A program made the position numbers and the translations under genes. The notes beneath the pieces are model-generated. The model saw only the letters and a program-made list of their open reading frames with translations. It had not been told where the DNA came from and made no database searches. From positions 189 through 64,188 of the forward strand of contig CANJRM010000002.1 of NCBI GenBank assembly GCA_947476645.1: a DNA stretch of 64,000 nt, read 5' to 3'. The first letter of the stretch is position 1. Every line of letters begins with the position of its first letter. The stretch is from Bacteroidota bacterium. Its GTDB lineage: Bacteria > Bacteroidota > Bacteroidia > Chitinophagales > LD1. Below, in pieces: positions 1 through 8,809 of this stretch.

Positions 1-1
1 T

Positions 2-2356
2 CAAACTATGAATCTTTCGGCAGATACTTCTGCGCTCAATATTAAATCAACGGGAGATAAGGTAACTTTCAAAACTCCTAACGTGAATGCGAAGGTTGAT
101 TTCAAAACGCGCATAGGTGATTTTGTTTCGAACCAAAAAAATATTCCTACAGAGTTTTCTTACAACCAATACACCACTGCCATCAACCAGTTCAAATGGT
201 TTATGGACGAAAAAATTCTTGACTTTAAAGCACCACCTCAAGGACCGGGAGAATATTTTATTTCTACTCGACCTGACCAAAAAGGTTTAAAGTTCCTCGG
301 CAAACGCGCTACGTATAGTTTGATTACTTCTATCATTCGCTGCGAAGGAGTTCCTGAAATAAAAGTGGCAGATGCAAGTGTAATTCCCGATAGCGGAGTG
401 GTGATTATTCAGCCTGAAGCAAAAATGGAGCAGTTGCATAACGCAATTATTGTTGCCGATACGATTAAAAAATGGCACAAGATTGAAAAGGCAACGGTTG
501 ATATTTACAGCAAACAGGAGTTGAAAGCTGTAGGCGAATATCACTACAACACCAAAGACGTTAAACAGATAATTAACCTCACCGATATTTCTTGCAAGAA
601 AGATGTTGAAGGTGCGCGCAAGCGCAAACAAGTAGAAATTTGGACCCTGCTTGCAAAAGCAAACATACCCGCCACCCAAAATTTTGTGTTATATCCGAAT
701 GTAAAATTCAATGGCGATGTGGTATTGAAATCACTTAATCAGTATTTGAATTTTAAAGGGTACGCAAAAATTGATTTGACATATTCAAAGGCAACCACTT
801 CCGATTTCTTTATTGCACAGGATGTAAACCCCGATAAATTAGAATTGAAATATGACAGCACCAGAAGCAGCGATGGCAACTTGCTGAGTGCGGGAATTCA
901 TTTGCATCCTGCCGATGATGCGCCTGCTATGTATACTACACTTATGGCACCTAAAGGTGAAGTGAATGACATTACGTTGTTTAAATCGACCGGTATCATT
1001 ACGCAAAGCACAACAGGAGAATATTTGTTCGGCAATGAGAAGAAAATTAAAGACAATGCTACACGCGGAAATGTAATTCGCTATGATGATAAGAAGGGAA
1101 TTGCCAAAGCTGAAGGAAGATTTAACCTGGGAACTAACTTCGGAATTATAAAAACGAAAGCGGCAGGTAATGCCGAAGTAATGCTGGACAGTGCGAAGTA
1201 TAAATTCAATCTCACCTTTGGTATTGATGCAAAGATGGACGATAAAATGCAGGAGAAATTTGAGTTTTATATGGCAGGTGACAATGCCGATGCTAACGAC
1301 ATCAGCTACGAAAACGAGAAACAGAAAAAAGCCATTTACGATTTGTGTGGCGATAAAGAAGATAAAAAGCTGTTACAGGATTTTGATGTAAGCCCTGTGT
1401 TCAACAAACGTCCGAAAGATTTTAATTACAACATGGTGTTCAGCGATGTGAATTTTGTTTACGACCCTGATGATATTTCGCTGCGCAGTGTAGGAAAAAT
1501 TGGTGTGGCGATGCTGGGCAAAAAAGTCATCAACAAAAAGATAGATGGCTATATCGAAATTCAATACAAAGGCGGAGCAGATTTGTTTACCATTTATCTG
1601 CAAACAGGAACGAAGGATTGGTTCTATTTTGAATATCGTCCGGGCACGCTTGGTATTCTGTCATCGTATGATGTCATCAATACCATGATAGGCAGCACTG
1701 ACCCGCAGAAACGAAAAATTAAAGGCGATAAAGACCGCTTCTATCTCTACACTCTCGGCTCATCAATGAACAAAGCAGATTTTTGCGATTATATGAAAGA
1801 CAAAGCAAACGGTATTAATCGTCCGCGCTTTGAACCGAAATTGGATATTCCTATTCCGGGAGATTCTGCTTTACTGAACGATACGCTAAGCACGATTGAT
1901 TTCAAAAAAGACAATCAACCGAACTTAGATTATGAAGAGCAGTTGAAAATGGAAGAACAACAGGAGAAGCAACAACAGCAACAACAGATTGATGAATTGG
2001 AGCAAATGAAAATGAACAACGAAAGTATTTTCAGCGCACCGCCACCGGGAAGGACCGAACCTAAAACTGAAACTCCAAAAGAAGAAATGAAACAAGAAAC
2101 TGTTCCTCTAGAAACTCCGAAGGAAGAACCCAAGATAGAAACTCCTCCTATTCAGGAAGCGCCAAAAGAAGTTCCGAAAGTAGAACCGAAGGTGGAGACT
2201 CCTCCGGTTCAAGAAGTTCCTAAAGAAACTCCAAAGGAAGAACCGAAAGTAGAAACACCTCCTGTGCAGGAAGTACCAAAAGAGGTTTCGAAGGAAGAGC
2301 CTAAAGTTGAAGAACCGAAGCCCGTAACTACACCCCAGGATTCTATTCCGAAATAA
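2..2356 (+). CDS. hypothetical large protein, 5' end probably outside the window; Pro/Glu/Lys-rich repeat C-terminus
   Basis: ORF track gives 8..2356. The frame stays open back to base 2, and the first Met has no signal peptide and no room for a promoter, so this is likely a C-terminal fragment. The C-terminal ~130 residues are low complexity (QQQQQQ, then ETPPVQEVPKExxKEEPKV-type repeats). No family recognised. Confidence 0.6.
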   Translation, partial: QTMNLSADTSALNIKSTGDKVTFKTPNVNAKVDFKTRIGDFVSNQKNIPTEFSYNQYTTAINQFKWFMDEKILDFKAPPQGPGEYFISTRPDQKGLKFLGKRATYSLITSIIRCEGVPEIKVADASVIPDSGVVIIQPEAKMEQLHNAIIVADTIKKWHKIEKATVDIYSKQELKAVGEYHYNTKDVKQIINLTDISCKKDVEGARKRKQVEIWTLLAKANIPATQNFVLYPNVKFNGDVVLKSLNQYLNFKGYAKIDLTYSKATTSDFFIAQDVNPDKLELKYDSTRSSDGNLLSAGIHLHPADDAPAMYTTLMAPKGEVNDITLFKSTGIITQSTTGEYLFGNEKKIKDNATRGNVIRYDDKKGIAKAEGRFNLGTNFGIIKTKAAGNAEVMLDSAKYKFNLTFGIDAKMDDKMQEKFEFYMAGDNADANDISYENEKQKKAIYDLCGDKEDKKLLQDFDVSPVFNKRPKDFNYNMVFSDVNFVYDPDDISLRSVGKIGVAMLGKKVINKKIDGYIEIQYKGGADLFTIYLQTGTKDWFYFEYRPGTLGILSSYDVINTMIGSTDPQKRKIKGDKDRFYLYTLGSSMNKADFCDYMKDKANGINRPRFEPKLDIPIPGDSALLNDTLSTIDFKKDNQPNLDYEEQLKMEEQQEKQQQQQQIDELEQMKMNNESIFSAPPPGRTEPKTETPKEEMKQETVPLETPKEEPKIETPPIQEAPKEVPKVEPKVETPPVQEVPKETPKEEPKVETPPVQEVPKEVSKEEPKVEEPKPVTTPQDSIPK

Positions 2357-2400
2357 AAAGAGAGAGCCGAAGTTTTTAAACTTCGGCTCTCTCTTTTTTG
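2357..2400. terminator. bidirectional intrinsic terminator between convergent genes
   Basis: Perfect inverted repeat AAAGAGAGAGCCGAAGTTT / AAACTTCGGCTCTCTCTTT with an A-run on one side and a T-run on the other. It sits between the stops of 2..2356(+) and 2411..2767(-). Confidence 0.8.
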
Positions 2401-2410
2401 CAATTTAATT

Positions 2411-2767
2411 TTACTGTTTCCGTTTCGCTGCTAAACTTCCTGTTAACGCACCCAAGCCACTCACTAAACCACCAATCAATCCTGTGATCAAATAAAGAGT
2501 AGTAACACTGTCTTTGGTCAATTGCTTTAATAGTTCAGCAATCTTGGTGGCAAGAATATTTTCGTTTGCGCTACTAAGCATATAAGCATATACAACCCAC
2601 AACAAAAACACGGCAACAAATGCCGAAAGAAAAGCAGCAAAGGAATTTTGCTTTACAAAGTATGCTACTGCAAATGCAGCTAAAGCAATCGTCCACCAAG
2701 GAAGAAATAATTGCAATACGCAAGCAGACGCAGTAGTAACCAGAAGAGAGAGGAAGACGTTTTTCAT
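2411..2767 (-). CDS. small integral membrane protein, unknown function
   Basis: 118 aa, almost entirely hydrophobic segments (LLVTTASACVLQLFLPWWTIALAAFAV..., FVAVFLLWVVYAYML..., LYLITGLIGGLVSGLGAL). Compact spacing with the downstream acylase gene. Confidence 0.55.
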   Translation of the reverse strand: MKNVFLSLLVTTASACVLQLFLPWWTIALAAFAVAYFVKQNSFAAFLSAFVAVFLLWVVYAYMLSSANENILATKIAELLKQLTKDSVTTLYLITGLIGGLVSGLGALTGSLAAKRKQ

Positions 2768-2781
2768 AGTATTTTGATTTT

Positions 2782-5229
2782 CTATTTCGGTTTATAAGTT
2801 GAGGTAAACAATTTCTTCGTTCCTAGTTCTTCACCGGTTGCAATAAAATTGGCTTCGAAGTATTCTCCTTTGCTCCATGGTTTTACTCCGTTGTCGTAAA
2901 ACTTACTGCCTGGGTTTCCCGACTGCCCGCCCGGATAAACTATAAACGCTTTCATTGAACCTTCATCAACAATCATTCTCCACGAAGGCCCGTTGCTGTC
3001 ATTAGTAGCATTGATAATTCCGCGATTGCCGCCATTGTAAACATTCAATGAACTGAAAGCATCTAAGCGCGCAAGGTGTTCGACCTTGGTGGCTTTGTAA
3101 GTTCCCCAATCGCCACGATTTGCATTTTGTTTTGCTTCAGCAAAATGTTTTGCAGTTAATGTGTCTTTCATGTTTTCAAAAGCTTGAAGCACTAATTCGT
3201 TGCGGGTTTCTTTTTTGTTGGTCGCAAGATTGTCGTAGAAAACAGATGTGCTGTCGTTCTTCAACAACTGAACGGTGACATAGAAACTCGGTTGCTTCAT
3301 CGGCACTTTAGGGTCTGCCATTTCATCCCACAAAAGCGCGCGCAATTCATTCCACCAAATTTCAAAATACACAGGAGCAATTTCATTCGCATTGTGATAG
3401 AAATCCCATTTGCCAATGGAATCAGCTAGGTTCTGTTCTTCTTTGCTTAAATTCTTTTTATCAAGCAGCGATAACAAAACAGGAACCGCTTCGCTCGCAT
3501 GAACGTTGAAATTATCGCTCTGCATGCGCTTCATGAAATCTGCATCAATATCTTTCCCTTCTGTCAATAATTTATTGATTCTGCGGTTGCGATAGTTTTC
3601 ATAAACACCCACACCCGGATAGTAATAAGGATAAGTGGAATCAGTAGGATGCTGATTGGCGCTGCTTACAAAGCCGCGCTCAGGATTCTTTGATGTCGGG
3701 TTTCCTTCACTCGGAATAAAAGTTTTCCATTCGTCTTTATCGGTAGTGCCATCACTTAAATATTTTCCTTGTTCAGTTGCTTTATCACGAATAGGAAATA
3801 ATCCTTGTTCAACAATTGCTATATCTCCACTGCGCGAAGCGAAAACAAAATTCTGCGCAGGACATGTATAGGTCTTCAACGCATTGATATAGTCATCGTA
3901 ATTTTTCCCTGTGTTGAGTTGATAGAAAGTTTTGAATTCGTTCGAAGGTAAATGAGCCGTCCAGCGCATCGCCAAATTTTTCTTTGAATCAGCAGTTCCG
4001 AAGTTTTCATCAAATACAACGGGACCAAACTTGGTGTAGATAACGGTGTCGTCCACTTCACCTTTTCCACGCACCATATATTTCTCAATTCGTTTTTCTG
4101 CTTTCAACCACTGACCGTTGTATTCATATTCACTACGCGAAGCGTCCTTGAATTTTATTTTATACCAGTCACGTACATCACGCCCGCCATTGGTAACTCC
4201 CCACGAAATAGAATCGTTGAAACCAATAACCACTGCAGGTGAACCCGGAAGTGTTGCTCCATAAACATTCATGTTTGGCGAAACCAAATGCATTTCGTAC
4301 CAAATAGAAGGAAGCGAGAGTTTCAAATGCGGGTCGTTGCACAAAATAGGTTTGCCGCTTTTTGTTTTGCTGCCGCTTACCGCCCAATTGTTAGAGCCGG
4401 TAATTTCATCGGGTTTTTGAATAACGGTTGAATACAAATCGGATGTTCGATGTTCGTTATTTGATGTTGCCTTTGCTTCCGCCTTCGGCCTTCCACCTTC
4501 AAACTTCGTTCCGATAGGAACGATAGGGTCTTCGTCCTTTACAAAATCAGGGTACAGTTTTCGGAATTCTTCGTTTCCATATTTGGCTACAAAGTTTGAG
4601 TTCTCAATATCAAACTCAAAAACAGAAAGCATGTTTGCCATGTTCTTCAACAACAACGCTACTTTAATTGGTGTCCATTCTTCTGGTTTGTAATCGAGCA
4701 GTTTGTATTCAATAGGATAATTTTTCGGAGCGAGGGTGCTGATGTAAGCATTCACCCCTTGGCAATAAGCATCAATCAGCTTTTTGCTTTCAGGGTCTTT
4801 AGAAATATATTCCTGTGCGGCATCAGCGCCATAACCCATTCCTATTCTGCGTTGCATTCGGTCAACATCCAGTGCTTTCTCTCCAACAATTTCACTTATT
4901 CTTCCCGCAGCATTTGCAGTTTGAATTTCCATTTGCCACAAACGGTATTTTGCGGTGATGTATCCCTGCATATAATAAAGGTCTTCATCGTTCTTCGCAA
5001 AAACGTGCGGCACTAAACGCTCATCGAAATACACTTTCACTTCTTCTTTCAATCCCATAAGATTTGCTTCTTCATCTTTCCAGCCATTTATATTTTCGGC
5101 ATTCTGCCAAAAGCCCGTGAATGGATTTAGAAATTTTCCGAACGCAGGTGCTAAACCCATTTTGCTATTCAAAATATAAATAAGCCCAAGAGTGGCAGCG
5201 AGGGAGAGAAGGAGTTTAAAATATTTCAT
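2782..5229 (-). CDS. penicillin acylase family protein (Ntn hydrolase, peptidase S45; beta-lactam or acyl-homoserine-lactone acylase type)
   Basis: 815 aa with an N-terminal signal peptide. The internal nucleophile/autoprocessing context ITGSNNWAVSG followed by CNDPHL is typical of S45 acylases. Confidence 0.85.
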   Translation of the reverse strand: MKYFKLLLSLAATLGLIYILNSKMGLAPAFGKFLNPFTGFWQNAENINGWKDEEANLMGLKEEVKVYFDERLVPHVFAKNDEDLYYMQGYITAKYRLWQMEIQTANAAGRISEIVGEKALDVDRMQRRIGMGYGADAAQEYISKDPESKKLIDAYCQGVNAYISTLAPKNYPIEYKLLDYKPEEWTPIKVALLLKNMANMLSVFEFDIENSNFVAKYGNEEFRKLYPDFVKDEDPIVPIGTKFEGGRPKAEAKATSNNEHRTSDLYSTVIQKPDEITGSNNWAVSGSKTKSGKPILCNDPHLKLSLPSIWYEMHLVSPNMNVYGATLPGSPAVVIGFNDSISWGVTNGGRDVRDWYKIKFKDASRSEYEYNGQWLKAEKRIEKYMVRGKGEVDDTVIYTKFGPVVFDENFGTADSKKNLAMRWTAHLPSNEFKTFYQLNTGKNYDDYINALKTYTCPAQNFVFASRSGDIAIVEQGLFPIRDKATEQGKYLSDGTTDKDEWKTFIPSEGNPTSKNPERGFVSSANQHPTDSTYPYYYPGVGVYENYRNRRINKLLTEGKDIDADFMKRMQSDNFNVHASEAVPVLLSLLDKKNLSKEEQNLADSIGKWDFYHNANEIAPVYFEIWWNELRALLWDEMADPKVPMKQPSFYVTVQLLKNDSTSVFYDNLATNKKETRNELVLQAFENMKDTLTAKHFAEAKQNANRGDWGTYKATKVEHLARLDAFSSLNVYNGGNRGIINATNDSNGPSWRMIVDEGSMKAFIVYPGGQSGNPGSKFYDNGVKPWSKGEYFEANFIATGEELGTKKLFTSTYKPK

Positions 5230-5288
5230 GCAGTAAAATTTGTGGTGGTTATTACTGCCTGCTAATTTATTTATTCATTTAAGAAAGT

Positions 5289-5352
5289 ATGTCACGCTGA
5301 GCTTGTCGAAGCGTTTCCCCAAAACAATCCTTCGACAAGCTCAGGATGACAG
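5289..5352. repeat. REP-like palindromic intergenic element (GTCAYSCTGAGCTTGTCGAAG family), full hairpin copy
   Basis: GTCACGCTGAGCTTGTCGAAGCG ... CCTTCGACAAGCTCAGGATGAC forms a long inverted repeat. Related copies are at 18393-18430, 18983-19006 and 22049-22112. Confidence 0.85.
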
Positions 5353-5464
5353 ATGCTCTGATTAATTCAGAGTTATTTTTTTCATCAGTTTCACATTTAA
5401 CAACCACGCCATTAAACCTTTCTATCTTTATTCCATCTATCAGACTTAACTAAAAACTTACAAC

Positions 5465-6403
5465 ATGAAAAAGAAATTATTCCAACTGCCACTTTTGTTT
5501 GTGGCTTTCGCAGTTCTCGCAATGAGCTCTTGTAAAAAAACCGATGATGCTGATGATAGCATAAGCGCAGAAGATGCCAGCAATGTATCTTCTACTTTAA
5601 ACTCTGCTACCGATGATGCCACCAACGCGGCTTCGGGTATTCAATCGTTTTCGGGAAAAACAGAAGGAGCCATGCAACTTTGCGGAGCAACGGTTGATAC
5701 AACCAACTTACATACTGACGGCTCAGTGCTTATTACCTTTAACGGACAAGATTGCAGCGGAAGAATTTCGCGCACAGGAACAATTACAGCTGCCATAGCT
5801 AATTATACTTCTGGCACTCGTTGGAAAGATGCAGGTGCAGTATTGACTTTAGTTTTTAATGCGGTTACTGTAACCAATTTAAATTCGAATAAAACGGTAG
5901 TATTGAATGGCACGCATGTTCATACCAATGTTTCGGGTGGTTTAGCTTGGAAGGTGATGAATGGCTTAGAAGCAGGCCCGGTTACGCATCATCATGCCGC
6001 ATCTAATTTCTCACTCACATTTGATGATGGAACTTCAAGAGTATGGAGTGTTGATAGAACAAGAACGTTTTCAAATGTTGGAGGTGTACAATCGGTAACT
6101 ATTAGTTCAGACCATACAGAAGGTGGAGTTAGCAATGTAGATGCTTGGGGAACGAATCGTTTGGGAACTGCTTTCACCAATCAAATAACAACACCAATTG
6201 TTGCCAGCACAACTTGCGGAATGAACAAACCTACACAGGGTCATGTAACGCATCATGTAGGCAACCACACGGTGGATGTAGTGCTTGGAGTAAACTCAAA
6301 TGGGTCGGCTTATGATGGAACATGCAGCAATCTTTATGGGTTTAAAGTAACACATACACGTAACGGTCATGAGCGCTCTCGTGTAGTTTCTTATTGGTTT
6401 TAA
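5465..6403 (+). CDS. predicted lipoprotein, unknown function
   Basis: 312 aa. Signal peptide ends in LAMSSC (lipobox-like Cys), followed by a Thr/Ser/Asn/Gly-rich beta-type sequence with His clusters (THHHAAS, VTHHVGNHT). A terminator hairpin follows the stop. Confidence 0.6.
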   Translation: MKKKLFQLPLLFVAFAVLAMSSCKKTDDADDSISAEDASNVSSTLNSATDDATNAASGIQSFSGKTEGAMQLCGATVDTTNLHTDGSVLITFNGQDCSGRISRTGTITAAIANYTSGTRWKDAGAVLTLVFNAVTVTNLNSNKTVVLNGTHVHTNVSGGLAWKVMNGLEAGPVTHHHAASNFSLTFDDGTSRVWSVDRTRTFSNVGGVQSVTISSDHTEGGVSNVDAWGTNRLGTAFTNQITTPIVASTTCGMNKPTQGHVTHHVGNHTVDVVLGVNSNGSAYDGTCSNLYGFKVTHTRNGHERSRVVSYWF

Positions 6404-6423
6404 TCGGTAAAAAATCAGAATAG

Positions 6424-6457
6424 AAAAATCCTGCTCCATTAAGGGCAGGATTTTTTA
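6424..6457 (+). terminator. intrinsic terminator
   Basis: AAAAATCCTGC-TCCATTAAG-GGCAGGATTTTTTATTT: GC-containing stem followed by a T-run, 20 nt after the stop at 6403. Confidence 0.75.
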
Positions 6458-6470
6458 TTTACTTCGATTC

Positions 6471-7097
6471 ATGGCAGAAGAGAAAATGAGTTTTGCAAAA
6501 AGTGTGGTGCTGGTATTTGGATTGGTAGCGGTGTTGTGGATTGTTTTTCTTCTTCAATATTTCGGCATTATCAATACAGATGCTTACGGAAACTGGCCTC
6601 ATCATATTGAAGGTTTGAAAGGAATTATTTTCTCGCCATTTATTCACGGAAGTTTCGAGCATCTCATCTCCAACACGCTTCCGATTTTAGTTTTGCTCAC
6701 TGTTTTATTGAATGCCTATCCTTCAACAGCATTGTATGTGCTGGTGTTTATTCACATTGCCAGCGGAAGTTTGGTTTGGTTCTTAGCTCCCGATAACGGA
6801 GTTCATATAGGCATCAGCGGAATTATTTATGGCATTGCCGGATTTTTAGTTGCCTCGGGTTTGTTTCGTAAGGACAGAACTTCTATAACCATTGCACTTT
6901 TTGTGGCACTCTCTTATGGAAGTATGGTGGTAGGTTTTATTCCCGAAAAAGGAGTGAGCTGGCAATCGCATTTGTATGGAGCAATTAGCGGAGTGCTGAT
7001 TGCTTTTGTGTTTCGCAAAAAAGATTTGCCGCCACCGCACGAATTTGAATTAGAAAAAACAGAAGACGAAAAACATTTTTTTGATACCACTACTTGA
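6471..7097 (+). CDS. rhomboid family intramembrane serine protease
   Basis: 208 aa polytopic membrane protein with FIHGSFEHLISN (HxxxN region), catalytic GISGIIYG (GxSG) and the later SHLYGAISG His motif. Confidence 0.8.
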   Translation: MAEEKMSFAKSVVLVFGLVAVLWIVFLLQYFGIINTDAYGNWPHHIEGLKGIIFSPFIHGSFEHLISNTLPILVLLTVLLNAYPSTALYVLVFIHIASGSLVWFLAPDNGVHIGISGIIYGIAGFLVASGLFRKDRTSITIALFVALSYGSMVVGFIPEKGVSWQSHLYGAISGVLIAFVFRKKDLPPPHEFELEKTEDEKHFFDTTT

Positions 7098-7194
7098 GGT
7101 AGAATATTTTCTCCGCCCATTTTTTTCTCTCAACATTTGTTAAGCGATTTACAAATGACCTTCCGATAAATGATTTTTGCGCGCAGTCTTTAAA

Positions 7195-7596
7195 ATGGGA
7201 AAGAAAACATTTCAATATTTTTTAGTTTTCACAGCAGCAATTTTGTTGTCTCTTTTTTCGTGGCAAAAATCTGCTGCAACCCGTGATAACGCTACGCAGG
7301 GAACATTCCTTCACAATGACATTAGCTCCATTTCTTCGTACTGCGAATTCGCTAAACTTGATTTGCCTTTCGAATCTACACCAACACCTGTTGATTGCGA
7401 AGTTCCAAACGAGAACGAACAGGAAGATGATTTTGATTCTGACTCAAATCTGTTGTCTGAGGAACAAACTCCGTTCAACATCTTCGGTTTAGTTGCTGTA
7501 GAAAATTGGTTTGCACAACCATCTTCATTTATTCAAAACCGTTCCTCGGTTCCTTTGTTCGTACTCTACCATTCCTGGAAGACGTACTTGTCTTAA
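7195..7596 (+). CDS. hypothetical secreted/anchored acidic protein upstream of the efflux operon
   Basis: Start moved to the ATG at 7195 (MGKKTFQYFLVFTAAILLSLFS, a signal/anchor-like segment). Acidic middle region (NENEQEDDFDSDSN). No family recognised. Confidence 0.4.
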   Translation: MGKKTFQYFLVFTAAILLSLFSWQKSAATRDNATQGTFLHNDISSISSYCEFAKLDLPFESTPTPVDCEVPNENEQEDDFDSDSNLLSEEQTPFNIFGLVAVENWFAQPSSFIQNRSSVPLFVLYHSWKTYLS

Positions 7597-7700
7597 CTTT
7601 TTAATTACCCGCTCCCATACGTGGTTTGCGGTTTTGCATTCAATCCTTATTCCGGTGAATGCTTTCCAATTGTCTTTAATCAACTTAAAATAAAACTGTA

Positions 7701-8783
7701 ATGAAGAGGATACTCATTCTCATTAGCTTGTCAACCGTATTGTTCTATGGTTGTAATTCTGAAAAACATGAAAAAGAAGCGAAAGTCAAATTTTTGGTGA
7801 CCAGCCCCATGCAAATGGACACCATGGTTTACAAAGATTATGTGTGTCAGATTCATGCCATTAACCACATTGAACTGAGGTCGCAGGAAAAGGGCTACTT
7901 ACAGAACGTTTATGTTGACGAAGGGCAGTTTGTAAAAAAAGGACAACTAATGTTTCAGATTATGCCCGTGATTTATCAGGCAGAAATGGAAAAAGCAAAA
8001 GCCAATGTAAGTTTTGCTGAGATTGAATATCAGAATACCAAAAGTCTTGCTGACAGCAATATTGTTTCTAATAAGGAACTGGCATTAGCTAAAGCTACAT
8101 TAGATAAGGAAAAGGCAGAATTAGCTCTTGCGCAGGCGCATTTATTATTCACCGAAATACGCGCACCATTCGATGGCATCATGGACCACTTCTATGAGCG
8201 GCTCGGAAGTTTAGTGGATGAGGGAGCATTGCTTACGACACTTTCAGACAACAGCAAAATGTGGGTTTACTTCAACGTACCCGAAGCGGAGTACTTAGAC
8301 TATACCACTCTTGCAAAAAAAGAAGGCAAGCAGAAAGTGCAGTTGCGCATGGCGAACAATGAAATTTTCCAACATGAAGGAACCGTGGAAACTATAGAAG
8401 GCGAGTTTAATAATGAAACAGGAAACATTGCTTTCCGCGCGACCTTCTCTAATCCCGAAAAATTGCTTCGACATGGTGAAACAGGAACCATACTCATGCC
8501 TGCATATCTTAAAGATGCTATTCTGATTCCTCAAAAATCAACCTTCGATATTTTAGATAAAAAGTTTGTGTACGTAGTAGATGGAAAAGGAGTGTTGACT
8601 GCAAAACAAATTACCGTAGGTGTAGAGATGCCGCATTTGTATATAGTTACTTCCGGTCTTAGCCCGAACGATAAAATTCTTTTAGAAGGTTTAGGCAAAG
8701 TGAAAAACAACGAGAAAATAGAAAGTGAGTTTGTGTCTTTTGAAAAGGCGTTAGCCGACTTAAATAATTTACATGCTGAATAA
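7701..8783 (+). CDS. efflux RND transporter periplasmic adaptor subunit (membrane fusion protein)
   Basis: 360 aa. Lipoprotein-type signal (LFYGC), coiled-coil hairpin (AEMEKAKANV...LALAKATLDKEKAELALAQAHL) and a beta-barrel C-terminal part. Sits directly upstream of the RND pump gene. Confidence 0.9.
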   Translation: MKRILILISLSTVLFYGCNSEKHEKEAKVKFLVTSPMQMDTMVYKDYVCQIHAINHIELRSQEKGYLQNVYVDEGQFVKKGQLMFQIMPVIYQAEMEKAKANVSFAEIEYQNTKSLADSNIVSNKELALAKATLDKEKAELALAQAHLLFTEIRAPFDGIMDHFYERLGSLVDEGALLTTLSDNSKMWVYFNVPEAEYLDYTTLAKKEGKQKVQLRMANNEIFQHEGTVETIEGEFNNETGNIAFRATFSNPEKLLRHGETGTILMPAYLKDAILIPQKSTFDILDKKFVYVVDGKGVLTAKQITVGVEMPHLYIVTSGLSPNDKILLEGLGKVKNNEKIESEFVSFEKALADLNNLHAE

Positions 8784-8809
8784 GCAGGAACCAAAAAATA
8801 ACACACACG

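Noticed and set aside
1930-2403. Minus-strand ORFs of 67 aa and 64 aa opposite the PEK-repeat region
   Set aside because: These are low-complexity shadow ORFs (Ser/Gly/Cys-rich) generated by the repetitive GAA/AAA/CCN codons of the plus-strand gene.
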